From an uncultured Alphaproteobacteria bacterium (lineage in GTDB: Bacteria > Pseudomonadota > Alphaproteobacteria > Methylaequorales > Methylaequoraceae): a stretch of DNA of 53,740 bases. Shown here in pieces: positions 20,408 to 30,363 of the stretch. The notes below the pieces were generated by a model. The model worked only from the letters and a program-made list of their open reading frames with translations. It searched no databases and had not been told where the DNA came from. A program made the position numbers and the translations under genes. Location: positions 1 through 53,740 of the forward strand of contig CACIYM010000004.1 of the NCBI GenBank assembly GCA_902590895.1, read 5' to 3'. How positions within the stretch are numbered: the stretch's first letter is position 1; every line of letters begins with the position of its first letter.

Positions 20408-21327
20408 TTTTCATACTGAAGTGGCCTGGATAGTAAATCTGATATAATTTTATTGACTTTTTGTCCAGATAATATTTTTTTTACAGAATTACATATTGGT
20501 AATTCAACACCGTATTTTTTCCCTAATTTACAAATACTTTCACATGACTCCATGCCTTCCACAACTTCACCAGATACTATTTTTTTTTGCTGCGCTAATA
20601 AGTATCCTAGTTTTGTATTCCTAGATTTTAAAGACGAACACGTCAAACTTAAGTCTCCAATTCCAGAAAGACCATAAAAAGTATTTTTTTTTGCACCCAT
20701 TTTTATGCCTAGTTCAATAATTTCTGATAAACCTCTCGTGATGATTGATGCGTTAGCATTTAAACCTAAACCTTTACCAATGATGAATCCTGATGCTATT
20801 GCAACCACATTCTTCATTGCTCCACCTATTTGAGTTCCGATTACATCAGTATTAAAATAGATTCTAAACTTTTCTTGAGCTATGATTTTAGATACGTTTT
20901 CAGCAAATTTTGAGTTTTTTGACGAAATAACTGAAGCAGTGGGTAACCCTTTAATTACTTCAAAAGAAAAGTTTGGTCCGGATAAAACCGCAAAATTGCT
21001 TTTTGGAAAGTATTCTTTTAATATCTCACTCATCAGGAGATTTGTTTTCTTTTCTATTCCTTTACTGCATATAACAAATTGCAAATTACGGTTTTTTGGA
21101 AGTTGTACAAAAACATTTCTCATACTCTGCGAAGTGTTGGCTAGAAAAATTACATCGCAATTTTTAAGTTTTTCAAAACAATCAACAATTAATAAACTTT
21201 CTTCTTTTGAAAATTTAGCTTTTGCTTTTCTTATATCCCTCGTTTTAATGGTAATTTCTGCATCAACTAAAATCTTAGATAATGCTCGTGACCAGTTACC
21301 AGACCCAATTATTCCAACTTTTCTCAT
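20404..21327 (-). CDS. gpsA: NAD(P)H-dependent glycerol-3-phosphate dehydrogenase
   Basis: SKGIE, LSGPNFS.EV, GGAMKNVVAIASG, GLSGIGDL.LTC.S..SRN. Start moved to the ATG at 21327, which overlaps the tsaD stop (ATGA). Confidence 0.93.
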   Translation of the reverse strand: MRKVGIIGSGNWSRALSKILVDAEITIKTRDIRKAKAKFSKEESLLIVDCFEKLKNCDVIFLANTSQSMRNVFVQLPKNRNLQFVICSKGIEKKTNLLMSEILKEYFPKSNFAVLSGPNFSFEVIKGLPTASVISSKNSKFAENVSKIIAQEKFRIYFNTDVIGTQIGGAMKNVVAIASGFIIGKGLGLNANASIITRGLSEIIELGIKMGAKKNTFYGLSGIGDLSLTCSSLKSRNTKLGYLLAQQKKIVSGEVVEGMESCESICKLGKKYGVELPICNSVKKILSGQKVNKIISDLLSRPLQYEK

Positions 21328-22355
21328 AGATCTTCTAAACTCCACCTTGGTTTTGGGTGCATTGTAAGTGAGTCGCTTTTTTTTATTTTGTTTAATCTTT
21401 CAATGCCTGCCCATGCAATCATTGTTGCGTTATCAACGCATAATTTCTTTTCAGGCACTATGAATTCTATACAATGTTGCTTACATAAAAAATCAAATTT
21501 TTTTCTTATAAATTTGTTTGAAGCAACCCCTCCTGCTAGAATAAAAGATTGTAGGTTCATCTTTTTTTTAAATAGGTTTATGGCTTTTTCACATTTTGCT
21601 ATTAGGATTTCTGTAATACATTCCTGAAATTCATTTGCTAAGTTATATTGCAAAGTCTTATTTAAGGGTTTTTCAGTTATCCTTCTTATAGATGTTTTTA
21701 GGCCAGAGAATGAAAAATTAAAATCGTCAGACTTTAGTAGTGGTTTAGGTAATTTAAAAAAATTTGTATTTATGCCTTTTAATGCCAATTTTTCAATTAT
21801 TGGCCCACCAGGATAACCATATCCTAATAATCTCGATGTTTTATCAAACGCCTCACCTAAGGCATCATCTAAAGTTTCGCCTATAATTTCAAATTTATTA
21901 TATTTTTTCGCAATAAGTAGTTGCGTGTGTCCTCCTGATAGTAGAAGAGATAAAAATGGAAAATTTATTTTTTTTTTCAATCGTGATACCAAAATGTGTC
22001 CCTGAAGATGATTGACTGAAATGAAGGGTTTATTATTAGCCAAAGATAAAGTTTTTGCATAATTTGAACCAATAAGTAAGCCACCAAGTAAACCAGGTCC
22101 GGTTGTTGCGGCAAAAGCATCAATTTTTTTTAAATTTATTTTCGCTTTATTAAGTGTTTTTTGTACTAAAATATTTAATGTATTTTCATGTTCTCTAGAA
22201 GCTAATTCTGGAACAATTCCACCAAATTTAGAGTGTTTTTTAAATTGCGACAAAGTATTTTCTGCAAGAATATTACCGAAATCATCATTTTCTTTTTGTT
22301 CTATTATTGCAACGGAAGTTTCATCACAACTAGTTTCTATACCTAAAACAATCAT
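21324..22355 (-). CDS. tsaD: tRNA N6-threonylcarbamoyladenosine transferase TsaD
   Basis: LGIETSCDET, GGIVPELASREH, VNHLQGH, SGGHT, DDALGEAFDK, DNATMIAWAG. Confidence 0.97.
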   Translation of the reverse strand: MIVLGIETSCDETSVAIIEQKENDDFGNILAENTLSQFKKHSKFGGIVPELASREHENTLNILVQKTLNKAKINLKKIDAFAATTGPGLLGGLLIGSNYAKTLSLANNKPFISVNHLQGHILVSRLKKKINFPFLSLLLSGGHTQLLIAKKYNKFEIIGETLDDALGEAFDKTSRLLGYGYPGGPIIEKLALKGINTNFFKLPKPLLKSDDFNFSFSGLKTSIRRITEKPLNKTLQYNLANEFQECITEILIAKCEKAINLFKKKMNLQSFILAGGVASNKFIRKKFDFLCKQHCIEFIVPEKKLCVDNATMIAWAGIERLNKIKKSDSLTMHPKPRWSLEDL

Positions 22356-22419
22356 AATTTATACATTAGAGTATTTATCAAAAATATTCTATGCTACTAA
22401 AATAAATAGGTTATTAATT

Positions 22420-23340
22420 ATGATTTATCCCTCTAAAAAAATTACTGTAGGGTCTAGAGAAAGTCCACTTGCTAAAGCGCAAGTTAAAATTTTTTTAAAT
22501 GTTTTAAGTAATAAATTTGGTGTTTCATCTTTGAAATTTATAAAAAGTAAATTTCTTAAAACCTCAGGTGATATCTTTTTAAATAAAAATATTTCTGAGG
22601 TTGGTAATAAAGGTTTGTTTACCAAAGAAATTGATGAGGCACAATTGAGATCTGAAATAGATATTGCCGTTCATTCTTTAAAAGATTTACCAACAGTGTT
22701 GCCAAAAGGACTAGTTATTGGAGGAGTACTTAAAAGAGAGAGACCAAATGATGTAATTTTTTCTTTAAAAAAATATGATATTAAGAAAAGTTCTAAAAAG
22801 ATTTTACTAGGAACTTCATCTATTAGAAGAAAAATTCAATTAATGCATCTCAACAAAAATCTAGATGTTTTAGAAATAAGAGGAAATGTTGGAACCAGAA
22901 TTAAAAAAGTAATTGATGGTATTTTTGATGGTGTAATTCTAGCAGAGGCAGGTTTAAGAAGATTAAATATTACTGAAAATTATAAATCGATAGACATTAG
23001 AAATGTTATTCCAGCCGTTGGACAAGGTGTTATTGCTTTAGTAATAAAGAAAAATAAATATACTGAAACTTTAATTGATCAAATAAATCATCAAAGTACA
23101 TTTATAGAGTCTGATTGCGAAAGACAATTTCTTCGTGCATTAGATGGATCCTGTAAAACGCCTATAGGTGCTTTAGCAAAAATAGTCAAAAGAAACAACA
23201 ACAAGAAACAAATTTTTTTTCGTTATATGGCATCTTCACTTGATGGAAAAAAAATAATAAAAAGTAAAACTTTTTTTGATTTAAACAATTACAAAAAACA
23301 AAGTTTTAAGCTTGGCAGTAAAATAAAAAAATTGATCTAA
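22420..23340 (+). CDS. hemC: Hydroxymethylbilane synthase
   Basis: GSRESPLA..Q, KGLFTKEI, HSLKDLP, GTSSIRR, RGNVGTR, LDGSCKTPIG. Confidence 0.96.
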   Translation: MIYPSKKITVGSRESPLAKAQVKIFLNVLSNKFGVSSLKFIKSKFLKTSGDIFLNKNISEVGNKGLFTKEIDEAQLRSEIDIAVHSLKDLPTVLPKGLVIGGVLKRERPNDVIFSLKKYDIKKSSKKILLGTSSIRRKIQLMHLNKNLDVLEIRGNVGTRIKKVIDGIFDGVILAEAGLRRLNITENYKSIDIRNVIPAVGQGVIALVIKKNKYTETLIDQINHQSTFIESDCERQFLRALDGSCKTPIGALAKIVKRNNNKKQIFFRYMASSLDGKKIIKSKTFFDLNNYKKQSFKLGSKIKKLI

Positions 23341-24059
23341 TGTCAAAAATTTTACTAACAAGACCAAAAAAGGATGGATTGAAAACTTCACTAACACTAA
23401 AAAGGTTTTTAATCCAAAGTTTGTGTTTGCCTTTGATTGAAATAAAAAAAGAAATACATCCAAAAATTTATTCCTCAGAATACGATATTTTTTTGTTTAC
23501 AAGTAAGAATGGAGTAAGAAATTTTAAAATTGATGTTAAAGAATTGAATGAAGATAAAATTACTTTTGCAGTGGGTAGAGAAACCAAAAACTTACTTGTA
23601 GACTATGGTTTCAAAAATGTAATCAGTGTAAATGGTAATTTAGAAGATTTAAAAAAAGGCATGGTAAAATATCTTAAAAAGGGTCTAAGAATTTTACACC
23701 CCACTTCCTCAAAAAATAAGAGTTTGGAACAATTTTTTTTTAAGTATAAATGTAATTATTCTCATTTGAAGTGTTATAGTGTATTTAAAGTAAACAAAAA
23801 TAAGAAATTATTTGAGAGATTTATGATCTCAGAAAATGACAAAATAATTGCAATTTTTTCAAGTTTCACTGCTAAATCCTTTGTCGAACAAGTTATAAAA
23901 TTAAATCTATCTGAACATTGTAAAGATAAAATATTTATTGTTATAAGCGAAAATGTTAGAAATGAATTAGAATGTTTAGGTCGATGTAATATTGAAATTG
24001 CAAACCGACCTGATGAAAACGAAATGATAAGCTTAATTATTAAAAAATATTGGGGTTAA
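23340..24059 (+). CDS. hemD: Uroporphyrinogen-III synthase
   Basis: ILLTRP, FTSKNGV, AVG.ET; directly follows hemC. Confidence 0.85.
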   Translation: MSKILLTRPKKDGLKTSLTLKRFLIQSLCLPLIEIKKEIHPKIYSSEYDIFLFTSKNGVRNFKIDVKELNEDKITFAVGRETKNLLVDYGFKNVISVNGNLEDLKKGMVKYLKKGLRILHPTSSKNKSLEQFFFKYKCNYSHLKCYSVFKVNKNKKLFERFMISENDKIIAIFSSFTAKSFVEQVIKLNLSEHCKDKIFIVISENVRNELECLGRCNIEIANRPDENEMISLIIKKYWG

Positions 24060-24062
24060 GTT

Positions 24063-25085
24063 TTGGTTGATGAAAAAAAAAAAAGTCCTACCAAGGGAGA
24101 TTTTATTGATCTTGAAAAATCTGAGTTTAAGAAAAAAAGAAATATTTTAAGTTTTTTAGTTAAATATATATCGTTTGGGCTTGTTTTTTTTGGAATGGGA
24201 CTGTTTGTAAGTAAAAAATATCAAATTCCTATAGATTTTGGTTTGGAAAATAATTTAAAACAAAAAACAAACGTTGATATTCTATCTGACTTACAAAGTG
24301 ATGTAGTTATTCTTGAAGATGATATTGAGAATATATCAGAAAGAATAAAAAAATCAGATTTATTTTATGAAAACTTAGAAAATAAAAACAGTGAACTACT
24401 TTTGAAATTAGATGAAGTTACTGAAAGAGTTAAAAAAGTTGGTGAGTTTGACTATACTAGTAATTTTAAAAAAGAGCTAAATCAATACGAGCTTTTAAAA
24501 AATTTACTAATATTAAAAAATAAGTTTAGTAGAAGGATCTCGATTGAAAATGAAATGTCCATTATCTCAACTTTCTTTGAAAATGATTACGAGGTATTAA
24601 CTTTGATGAATTTTTTTAGTGAAGTTGATCTATCAAGTGTTGTCAAAAAAAATTATTTATTGAATGAGGTTAATGAAAAAATAAGAAAGTATGACTTAAA
24701 ACTTGATGACTTTTTTAGAAATACAAAAACTGAAAATGATTTAAAAGAAACTAAAATTTTTGAATCAAAGGATCAGTTTCTAACTTATTTGAATGAATTA
24801 TTTAACTCAACATTTAAAATAACAAAATACAAAGATGCAAACTTTGATGAAAATATCACAGAAAATGGTAACTACAGAAATATTCTAGTATCTGCTAAAG
24901 AACATTTGTTGGCGGATAATTTAAACCAAGCCATAAGAATTATCGAACAATCTGGAATAGATTTAGATGAACATAGTGACTGGCTAGAGAAAAGCAAAAA
25001 ATTAAACGAGGTAGAAAAAAATATTAAAAATTTAGAGGATATAATTTTACAAAATTTAGTTAGTCAAAATGATAAAAGTTTTTAA
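24063..25085 (+). CDS. Probable alphaproteobacterial Mic60/mitofilin (COG4223)-like membrane-anchored coiled-coil protein
   Basis: Single N-terminal TM, then a coiled coil, then C-terminal AKEHLLADNLNQAI...DWLEKSK resembling the mitofilin signature. Lies between hemD and hemY. Confidence 0.65.
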   Translation: MVDEKKKSPTKGDFIDLEKSEFKKKRNILSFLVKYISFGLVFFGMGLFVSKKYQIPIDFGLENNLKQKTNVDILSDLQSDVVILEDDIENISERIKKSDLFYENLENKNSELLLKLDEVTERVKKVGEFDYTSNFKKELNQYELLKNLLILKNKFSRRISIENEMSIISTFFENDYEVLTLMNFFSEVDLSSVVKKNYLLNEVNEKIRKYDLKLDDFFRNTKTENDLKETKIFESKDQFLTYLNELFNSTFKITKYKDANFDENITENGNYRNILVSAKEHLLADNLNQAIRIIEQSGIDLDEHSDWLEKSKKLNEVEKNIKNLEDIILQNLVSQNDKSF

Positions 25086-26367
25086 ATATTTTATTATAAC
25101 TTTTATACTATCTTACTTTGTAGTTTGGGTAAGTGATCATCCTGGAACCGTAAAAATATCTTGGTCAGAGTATTTAATTGAAACTAATATAGTTGGTTTA
25201 TTTTTTATTTTTTTAATAAGTTTCTTAGTTATTTTTTTTATCCTCAAAACCTTTTCTAGCGTTAAAAGATTACCAAGTTTTATCTCTAACACAAGGCGTG
25301 AAAAAAATTTTTTACAAGGAAATCAAACCTTAGATGAAATTGCAATTGATTTATTCAAAGGTGACTTAGATAATCTTGAAAAAAATTCTAGAAAAATAAA
25401 CAAATATTTTGGTAACAAACTATTTTCTACCTTTATGCTCATTAATGCATCATTACTAAAAAATGATTTTACTCAAGCTAAAAAATATTTACAGATATTG
25501 GCAACTCTTCCGAGGGCAGACTATATCTTTAAACGTGTAAAAGTTTTAATTGCTTTAAAAGAAAATGATTTAAAAAATGCAGAAAATTGTTTACTAGAAT
25601 ATTGCAATGAGTACAAAGGGGATGAGTGGTTTTCTGAAAAACTTGCGATAATTCATTCTTACAAGGGTGAATGGAAGTTAGCGTTTGACTCACTTAACAA
25701 GGCCAGCATAAAAAAAAATTCTAATTTGAAACATATGCTTGCAAATCTTAAGGTTCTATCTGGATCAAAAGCTGTAGATGCTATGAAGATTTCAGATGAC
25801 TCAATTTTTGTTTTACAGGAATCGGTTAAAGAATTTATTGACGCCTCTGAAATAAAAAAAGCTGCTAATTTAATCCAAAAAAATTGGGAAAAAATTCAAT
25901 ACGTTGGGATTATTGAAATTTATATGGAGTTTAAAATCAAGAATAATTCAGATTCTTTGAATAGATATAAAATAATATCTCGATTACTTAGAAAGGAAAA
26001 GAAATTAACTGACGAAACAAAACTCGCCCTAGCCTATTCTGCATACCAGGCACAAGTTTGGGGGGAAAGTCAAGCCCACTTAGACTCTATTGAAACAAAA
26101 AATTGGGACGAAAGAGTAATAAAACTCTATAAAAAAGTTGAAGAAAAAAGTTCAAAAGTAACAATGCCTAATAATGAAAATAAAGTTTTATCAGAGCCTA
26201 GGTGGATTTGTTCGAATTGTAATTATAAATATGGAAAATGGCAATTCGTGTGTGATGAGTGCAGTGCAGTCAATCAAATAAATTGGTCAAAGAAGAATAG
26301 TGCAATAAAAATAAAATCTGCATTCATTTCACAAAATCCTTTTAGACATTTTCCACATATGAAGTGA
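25069..26367 (+). CDS. hemY: HemY_N/TPR protein (alphaproteobacterial HemY/Orf52) with C-terminal CxxC-CxxC
   Basis: WVSDHPGTV.I.W..Y.IET N-terminus, two TMs, helical repeats, WICSNC...W..VCDEC. Confidence 0.8.
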   Translation: MIKVFKYFIITFILSYFVVWVSDHPGTVKISWSEYLIETNIVGLFFIFLISFLVIFFILKTFSSVKRLPSFISNTRREKNFLQGNQTLDEIAIDLFKGDLDNLEKNSRKINKYFGNKLFSTFMLINASLLKNDFTQAKKYLQILATLPRADYIFKRVKVLIALKENDLKNAENCLLEYCNEYKGDEWFSEKLAIIHSYKGEWKLAFDSLNKASIKKNSNLKHMLANLKVLSGSKAVDAMKISDDSIFVLQESVKEFIDASEIKKAANLIQKNWEKIQYVGIIEIYMEFKIKNNSDSLNRYKIISRLLRKEKKLTDETKLALAYSAYQAQVWGESQAHLDSIETKNWDERVIKLYKKVEEKSSKVTMPNNENKVLSEPRWICSNCNYKYGKWQFVCDECSAVNQINWSKKNSAIKIKSAFISQNPFRHFPHMK

Positions 26368-26943
26368 TAGTATTGAGAGATTTGGCGAAAATATTTTATT
26401 AAAATTAATTTCTTTATTTTCTATACAGCAAATCTTCTTTTTTACTTTTTTAATTATTAGATCACTTTCTGGCAAAATATTTGGTCTTATTAAAAAAAAT
26501 ATGAGAATCATATCGCATGTCCACAACCCAATTCCCTTCAATTTAGTCAATTTTTTTTTAATTTCATTTTCACTTTGATTTTTTAGCAAGTTAGAATCTA
26601 GTGACTTTGATAACAATGTTTGATAAAGAGTAAGAACATACTCTATTTTTCTATTTGAAATACCAATATTTTTTAACTGCAGTTCTAGAGAGCAAATATT
26701 TTTTATATTTTTAAATTTAGGTGTATTTTTGTCATAATATTTGCAAAATTTTTTCCATATAGAATTTGCTGCTTTATCAGAAATTTGTTGACAAATGATT
26801 GTTTTAACCATGAATGCAAAAAAATCAATTTTGGGTTTCGGTATTCTTATAACTCCATTCATAAAAATTTGATTCTTTAATTCCTTAAATTTCGAACTCT
26901 TTAAAATTAATGATTGATGAATATCATCATAATTAACTTTCAT
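26329..26943 (-). CDS. DNA-3-methyladenine glycosylase II-like (HhH-GPD family)
   Basis: IICQQIS.KAA, LKGIGLWT.DM, P..DL. Confidence 0.85.
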   Translation of the reverse strand: MKVNYDDIHQSLILKSSKFKELKNQIFMNGVIRIPKPKIDFFAFMVKTIICQQISDKAANSIWKKFCKYYDKNTPKFKNIKNICSLELQLKNIGISNRKIEYVLTLYQTLLSKSLDSNLLKNQSENEIKKKLTKLKGIGLWTCDMILIFFLIRPNILPESDLIIKKVKKKICCIENKEINFNKIFSPNLSILSLHMWKMSKRIL

Positions 26944-27245
26944 TAATTGACTTTCATAATCTTTGATGGATCATTTTTTTTGTTTTTACCTGCCTTTTTT
27001 ATCAGATAAATATTTCTAGAATATATGAGAAAACCACAGGATTGACCTACAATAAAAACTGGGTCAACTTTATGAATGGCATAACTAAGTAAAACCATAC
27101 TGCCAGCTAAACTAATCCACCAAAAAATATTTGGTATAATACTTTTAGAAGCTCTCTCGCTAACTACCCATTGTATTAAAAATCTTGAGGCAAAAATTGT
27201 TTGTCCAATAAAACCTACAATCAACCAAATCTGTTCTTCACTCAT
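26943..27245 (-). CDS. Lipid A biosynthesis N-terminal (LAB_N) domain membrane protein
   Basis: GFIGQ..F.SRF.IQW..SE, P..FWW.S..G, DPVFI.GQ..G..IY.RN. Confidence 0.9.
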   Translation of the reverse strand: MSEEQIWLIVGFIGQTIFASRFLIQWVVSERASKSIIPNIFWWISLAGSMVLLSYAIHKVDPVFIVGQSCGFLIYSRNIYLIKKAGKNKKNDPSKIMKVN

Positions 27246-27939
27246 TTTTTCTCCTTTTGTTAATTAATACCCAGACTTTAAATAAATCGATTATTCCTAT
27301 CCAAAATCTATTATTAAAATTAAATTTCGAAAATCCTGCAAATCTCTCCCTATCATCCACTAAAACATTAAAAATTCTTCCTTTTTTCATTTTAAAAAGA
27401 GCTGGCAAAAATCTATGCATATTTTTGAAATATTCTATCTTCAAATAATCCTTTTTATTGAATACTTTTAGTGCGCAAGCAGTATCATCACAGTCATCAT
27501 TTAGAATAAACCTACGGACAGTATTAGCAACCTTTGAGCTGAATCTCTTTAAAAATGTATCTTTCCTTTTTTTTCTATTACCACAAATTAAAACAAAACT
27601 TTTCCAAGTTTTTGTAACTTGATACCAATAATCAATCATTTTTTTAATCTCATATGGTGGGTTTTGTCCATCTCCGTCAATAATGCAAATTACATTGTTA
27701 TTCGCAGCTTTTACCCCTGTCATCATTGCCATACATTTCCCTAAATTATTTTTGTGAGATATAATTTTTATATTATTGGCTAGTTTTTTTTTCTCTGATA
27801 AGAAACTATCTGTGCTTCCATCGTCTACAATAATAATTTCTGGTAACTTTCCTCTAAATTCTTTTTTTATCTCTTTGACTAAAACAAAAATAGAATCTGA
27901 CTCATTATAAATTGGAATTATTATTGTAAAATTGTTCAT
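27238..27939 (-). CDS. GT2 polyprenyl-phosphate sugar synthase (DPM/ArnC/RgtE-like)
   Basis: IIPIYNE, VDDGSTD, DGDGQNPP, D..CALK.F, MHRFLPAL. Confidence 0.88.
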   Translation of the reverse strand: MNNFTIIIPIYNESDSIFVLVKEIKKEFRGKLPEIIIVDDGSTDSFLSEKKKLANNIKIISHKNNLGKCMAMMTGVKAANNNVICIIDGDGQNPPYEIKKMIDYWYQVTKTWKSFVLICGNRKKRKDTFLKRFSSKVANTVRRFILNDDCDDTACALKVFNKKDYLKIEYFKNMHRFLPALFKMKKGRIFNVLVDDRERFAGFSKFNFNNRFWIGIIDLFKVWVLINKRRKNE

Positions 27940-27986
27940 TTTAGGGTGTTATGTTACTTAATCTAAACTAGTGTGATGGAAAAACA

Positions 27987-29585
27987 ATGAATTTTTTAAA
28001 AGACAATTTTTTTTTTCTAATTCTTGTTTTTTTTATTATTTTCTTTTTGCAAGGGATCTTTAATTTACCTGTACTTGACAGAGACGAAGCTAGATTTGCA
28101 ACAGCATCAAAGACAATGCTGGAAACTGGTGAATTTATTGACATAAAAATGCAGGATGAAACAAGATATAAAAAGCCGATTGGTATTTATTGGACTCAAG
28201 TTTTTTCTAACTATATTTTTGGTAATGCACCTTTCGATAAAATATGGGTTTATAGACTTCCATCACTATTTGGTATCATTCTATCCTTCTTATTTATTTT
28301 TAAATTTGTACAATCTTTATATTCTAGAGAAGTTGGTCTATTGAGCGTTTTTTTTCTTGGGATTTCATTTTTAACAATCTCAGAAGTTCATCAAGCTAAA
28401 ACAGATGGTATACTTTTCTTCTTTATAACTCTGTGTAATTTACTTCTCTTAAAAGGTATCATTAGAAATGATCTAACAAAAACCTTAAAGATCATTTATT
28501 GGATTTCAATGGCTTTCGGTGTTTTAGTAAAAGGCCCAATAATTTTTATTTTTACAATTCTTCCGCTCATAGTTTTTTCAATCATACAAAAAAAAAATTT
28601 TTGTTGTTTAATATGGACAAATATAGGTTTTTTAATTTTTTTGCTTATCTCAATACCATGGTTTGTTTTGATATCAATTAAGTCTAATGGTTTATTTTGG
28701 CATGAATCTGTAATAAATGATTTATTCAATAAAGTTAAGTCTGGTCAAGAATCTCATGGCTTTTTGCCAGGATATTATACTTTACTTGTTTTTTTGTTTT
28801 TTTGGCCCGGATCAATATTTTTGCCAAGTTTTTTTATAAATGTAAAAAAAAAATTTAAAGAATATTTTTTTCAAGATAATTTAAATTGTTTTTTACTAAT
28901 ATATTTTTTTATACCCTTTATTTTGTATGAACTGATACCTACAAAGTTACCACATTATGTTTTTCCTGCATATGCAGCACTCAGTATATTAATTTCAAAA
29001 GAGATCATTAATTATAAGTTTGATTCAAGTTTATTGAGTTACGCCTTCTTACCAGTGATCATTCTTCCTTTAACTATCTTATTTGTTATCACTTTTGCAA
29101 TAAATGAATATTCTAGTTTTGATAATCTTTTCTTTTTTATAATATCAACACTTATAGTATTATTTTTAATTTTATTATATTTTCTAAAAAAAAAACAAAT
29201 TAAACCTATTCTTTTTACAGCATTCATGCATCAAACTTTTGTATACTTAGTAGCTGTATATTATTTGGTTCCACAACTTAATTCTTTTTGGATTTCTCAA
29301 AATATTAACAAAGTAGTTGATCAATACGTGGGTGTTGTAGACGAGATATTTCATTTTGGTTTTAATGAACCCAGCTTAGTTTTTTTGACGTCTCATAAGG
29401 CAAAACAAAAGATGATAAGTAAAGAGGATAAAAATAAAAAAATTTTATTTTTCGTTGAAGGAAAATTTGAGAATTCAATTAAAGAGAATATTGAACTTAC
29501 AAATTTTAAATTAGTTGATCAAATTAAGGGTTTTAATTATTCTCAAGGAAAGAATAAAATCATAAATATTTATGCTAACTTCTGA
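27987..29585 (+). CDS. ArnT/PMT-family (GT-C) polyprenyl-phosphate-sugar-dependent glycosyltransferase, probably acting on lipid A/LPS
   Basis: DRDEARFA.AS..M.E, RYKKP.GIYW, YRLPS, KGP, PTKLPHYV.P, EPSLVFL; many TMs. Confidence 0.88.
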   Translation: MNFLKDNFFFLILVFFIIFFLQGIFNLPVLDRDEARFATASKTMLETGEFIDIKMQDETRYKKPIGIYWTQVFSNYIFGNAPFDKIWVYRLPSLFGIILSFLFIFKFVQSLYSREVGLLSVFFLGISFLTISEVHQAKTDGILFFFITLCNLLLLKGIIRNDLTKTLKIIYWISMAFGVLVKGPIIFIFTILPLIVFSIIQKKNFCCLIWTNIGFLIFLLISIPWFVLISIKSNGLFWHESVINDLFNKVKSGQESHGFLPGYYTLLVFLFFWPGSIFLPSFFINVKKKFKEYFFQDNLNCFLLIYFFIPFILYELIPTKLPHYVFPAYAALSILISKEIINYKFDSSLLSYAFLPVIILPLTILFVITFAINEYSSFDNLFFFIISTLIVLFLILLYFLKKKQIKPILFTAFMHQTFVYLVAVYYLVPQLNSFWISQNINKVVDQYVGVVDEIFHFGFNEPSLVFLTSHKAKQKMISKEDKNKKILFFVEGKFENSIKENIELTNFKLVDQIKGFNYSQGKNKIINIYANF

Positions 29586-30363
29586 TTACCTTTCACCTAA
29601 GAATTCTAAGAAATTTATTTCGTTAAATTTTTTCGTTCTTGTTGCTGTATTGACTTTTTTTATTTTTAATTTTTTAGATATTTTTATTTTTGAGATTTCA
29701 AGATCTTGCCCAAAATTTGTTTTTGATTTTTTCAAATATATTATTGATCCACTATCTGATATTTTTGATCCTCTTCATGTAATTTTAATTTGTCTAATAA
29801 TTATTCTATTTAATAGTAATTTACAAAAATTACTTAAAAACCAGTCAAAACTTGACTTAATGCAAAAAAAAAGTGGTTTAAAATTTAAAAAAATCTCTGA
29901 TTCTTTCAATTACTATTCAATAATTAGCTCACATTTTTTTTGGTCTTTAGTTGTTGCCGGTATTGGATGTAACTTAATAAAGTATGTTCTTGGTGTGGCC
30001 AGACCAAAATATTTTTTTTTTGAGGGTTTCGAGAGGTTAGACTTTTTTAATGTTTTACATAAATCAAATTCTTTTCCCTCTGGTCATACTCAAGCGGCGT
30101 TTACTTTAGCCGTTTTGATAATGATTTATTTCAAAAAATATCATTTCTACATTCTTTTTCTTGCAATACTGATGGGTATTTCTAGAATATTCATGACTAT
30201 GCATTTTCCCAGTGATATTTTTTTTGGAGCATATTTTGGTGCAATTATTCCAATTTTATTGCATCAAAAAATTTTTTATAAAAAAATTAAAATTTATGAA
30301 AGATCTGGTGTAACTAGCTTTTATAGGTTTTCAAAACTAATGTATCTAAGAATATTTATATGA
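29572..30363 (+). CDS. PAP2-family phosphatase, LpxE-like (putative lipid A phosphatase)
   Basis: K...G.ARP, SFPSGH and SR....HF.SD catalytic motifs; overlaps the ArnT-like gene. Confidence 0.85.
   Translation: MLTSDYLSPKNSKKFISLNFFVLVAVLTFFIFNFLDIFIFEISRSCPKFVFDFFKYIIDPLSDIFDPLHVILICLIIILFNSNLQKLLKNQSKLDLMQKKSGLKFKKISDSFNYYSIISSHFFWSLVVAGIGCNLIKYVLGVARPKYFFFEGFERLDFFNVLHKSNSFPSGHTQAAFTLAVLIMIYFKKYHFYILFLAILMGISRIFMTMHFPSDIFFGAYFGAIIPILLHQKIFYKKIKIYERSGVTSFYRFSKLMYLRIFI

Noticed and set aside
27987-29585. Canonical arnT / polymyxin-resistance operon
   Set aside because: No arnA, arnB or arnD for L-Ara4N synthesis is in the window. The context fits a different lipid-linked sugar donor.
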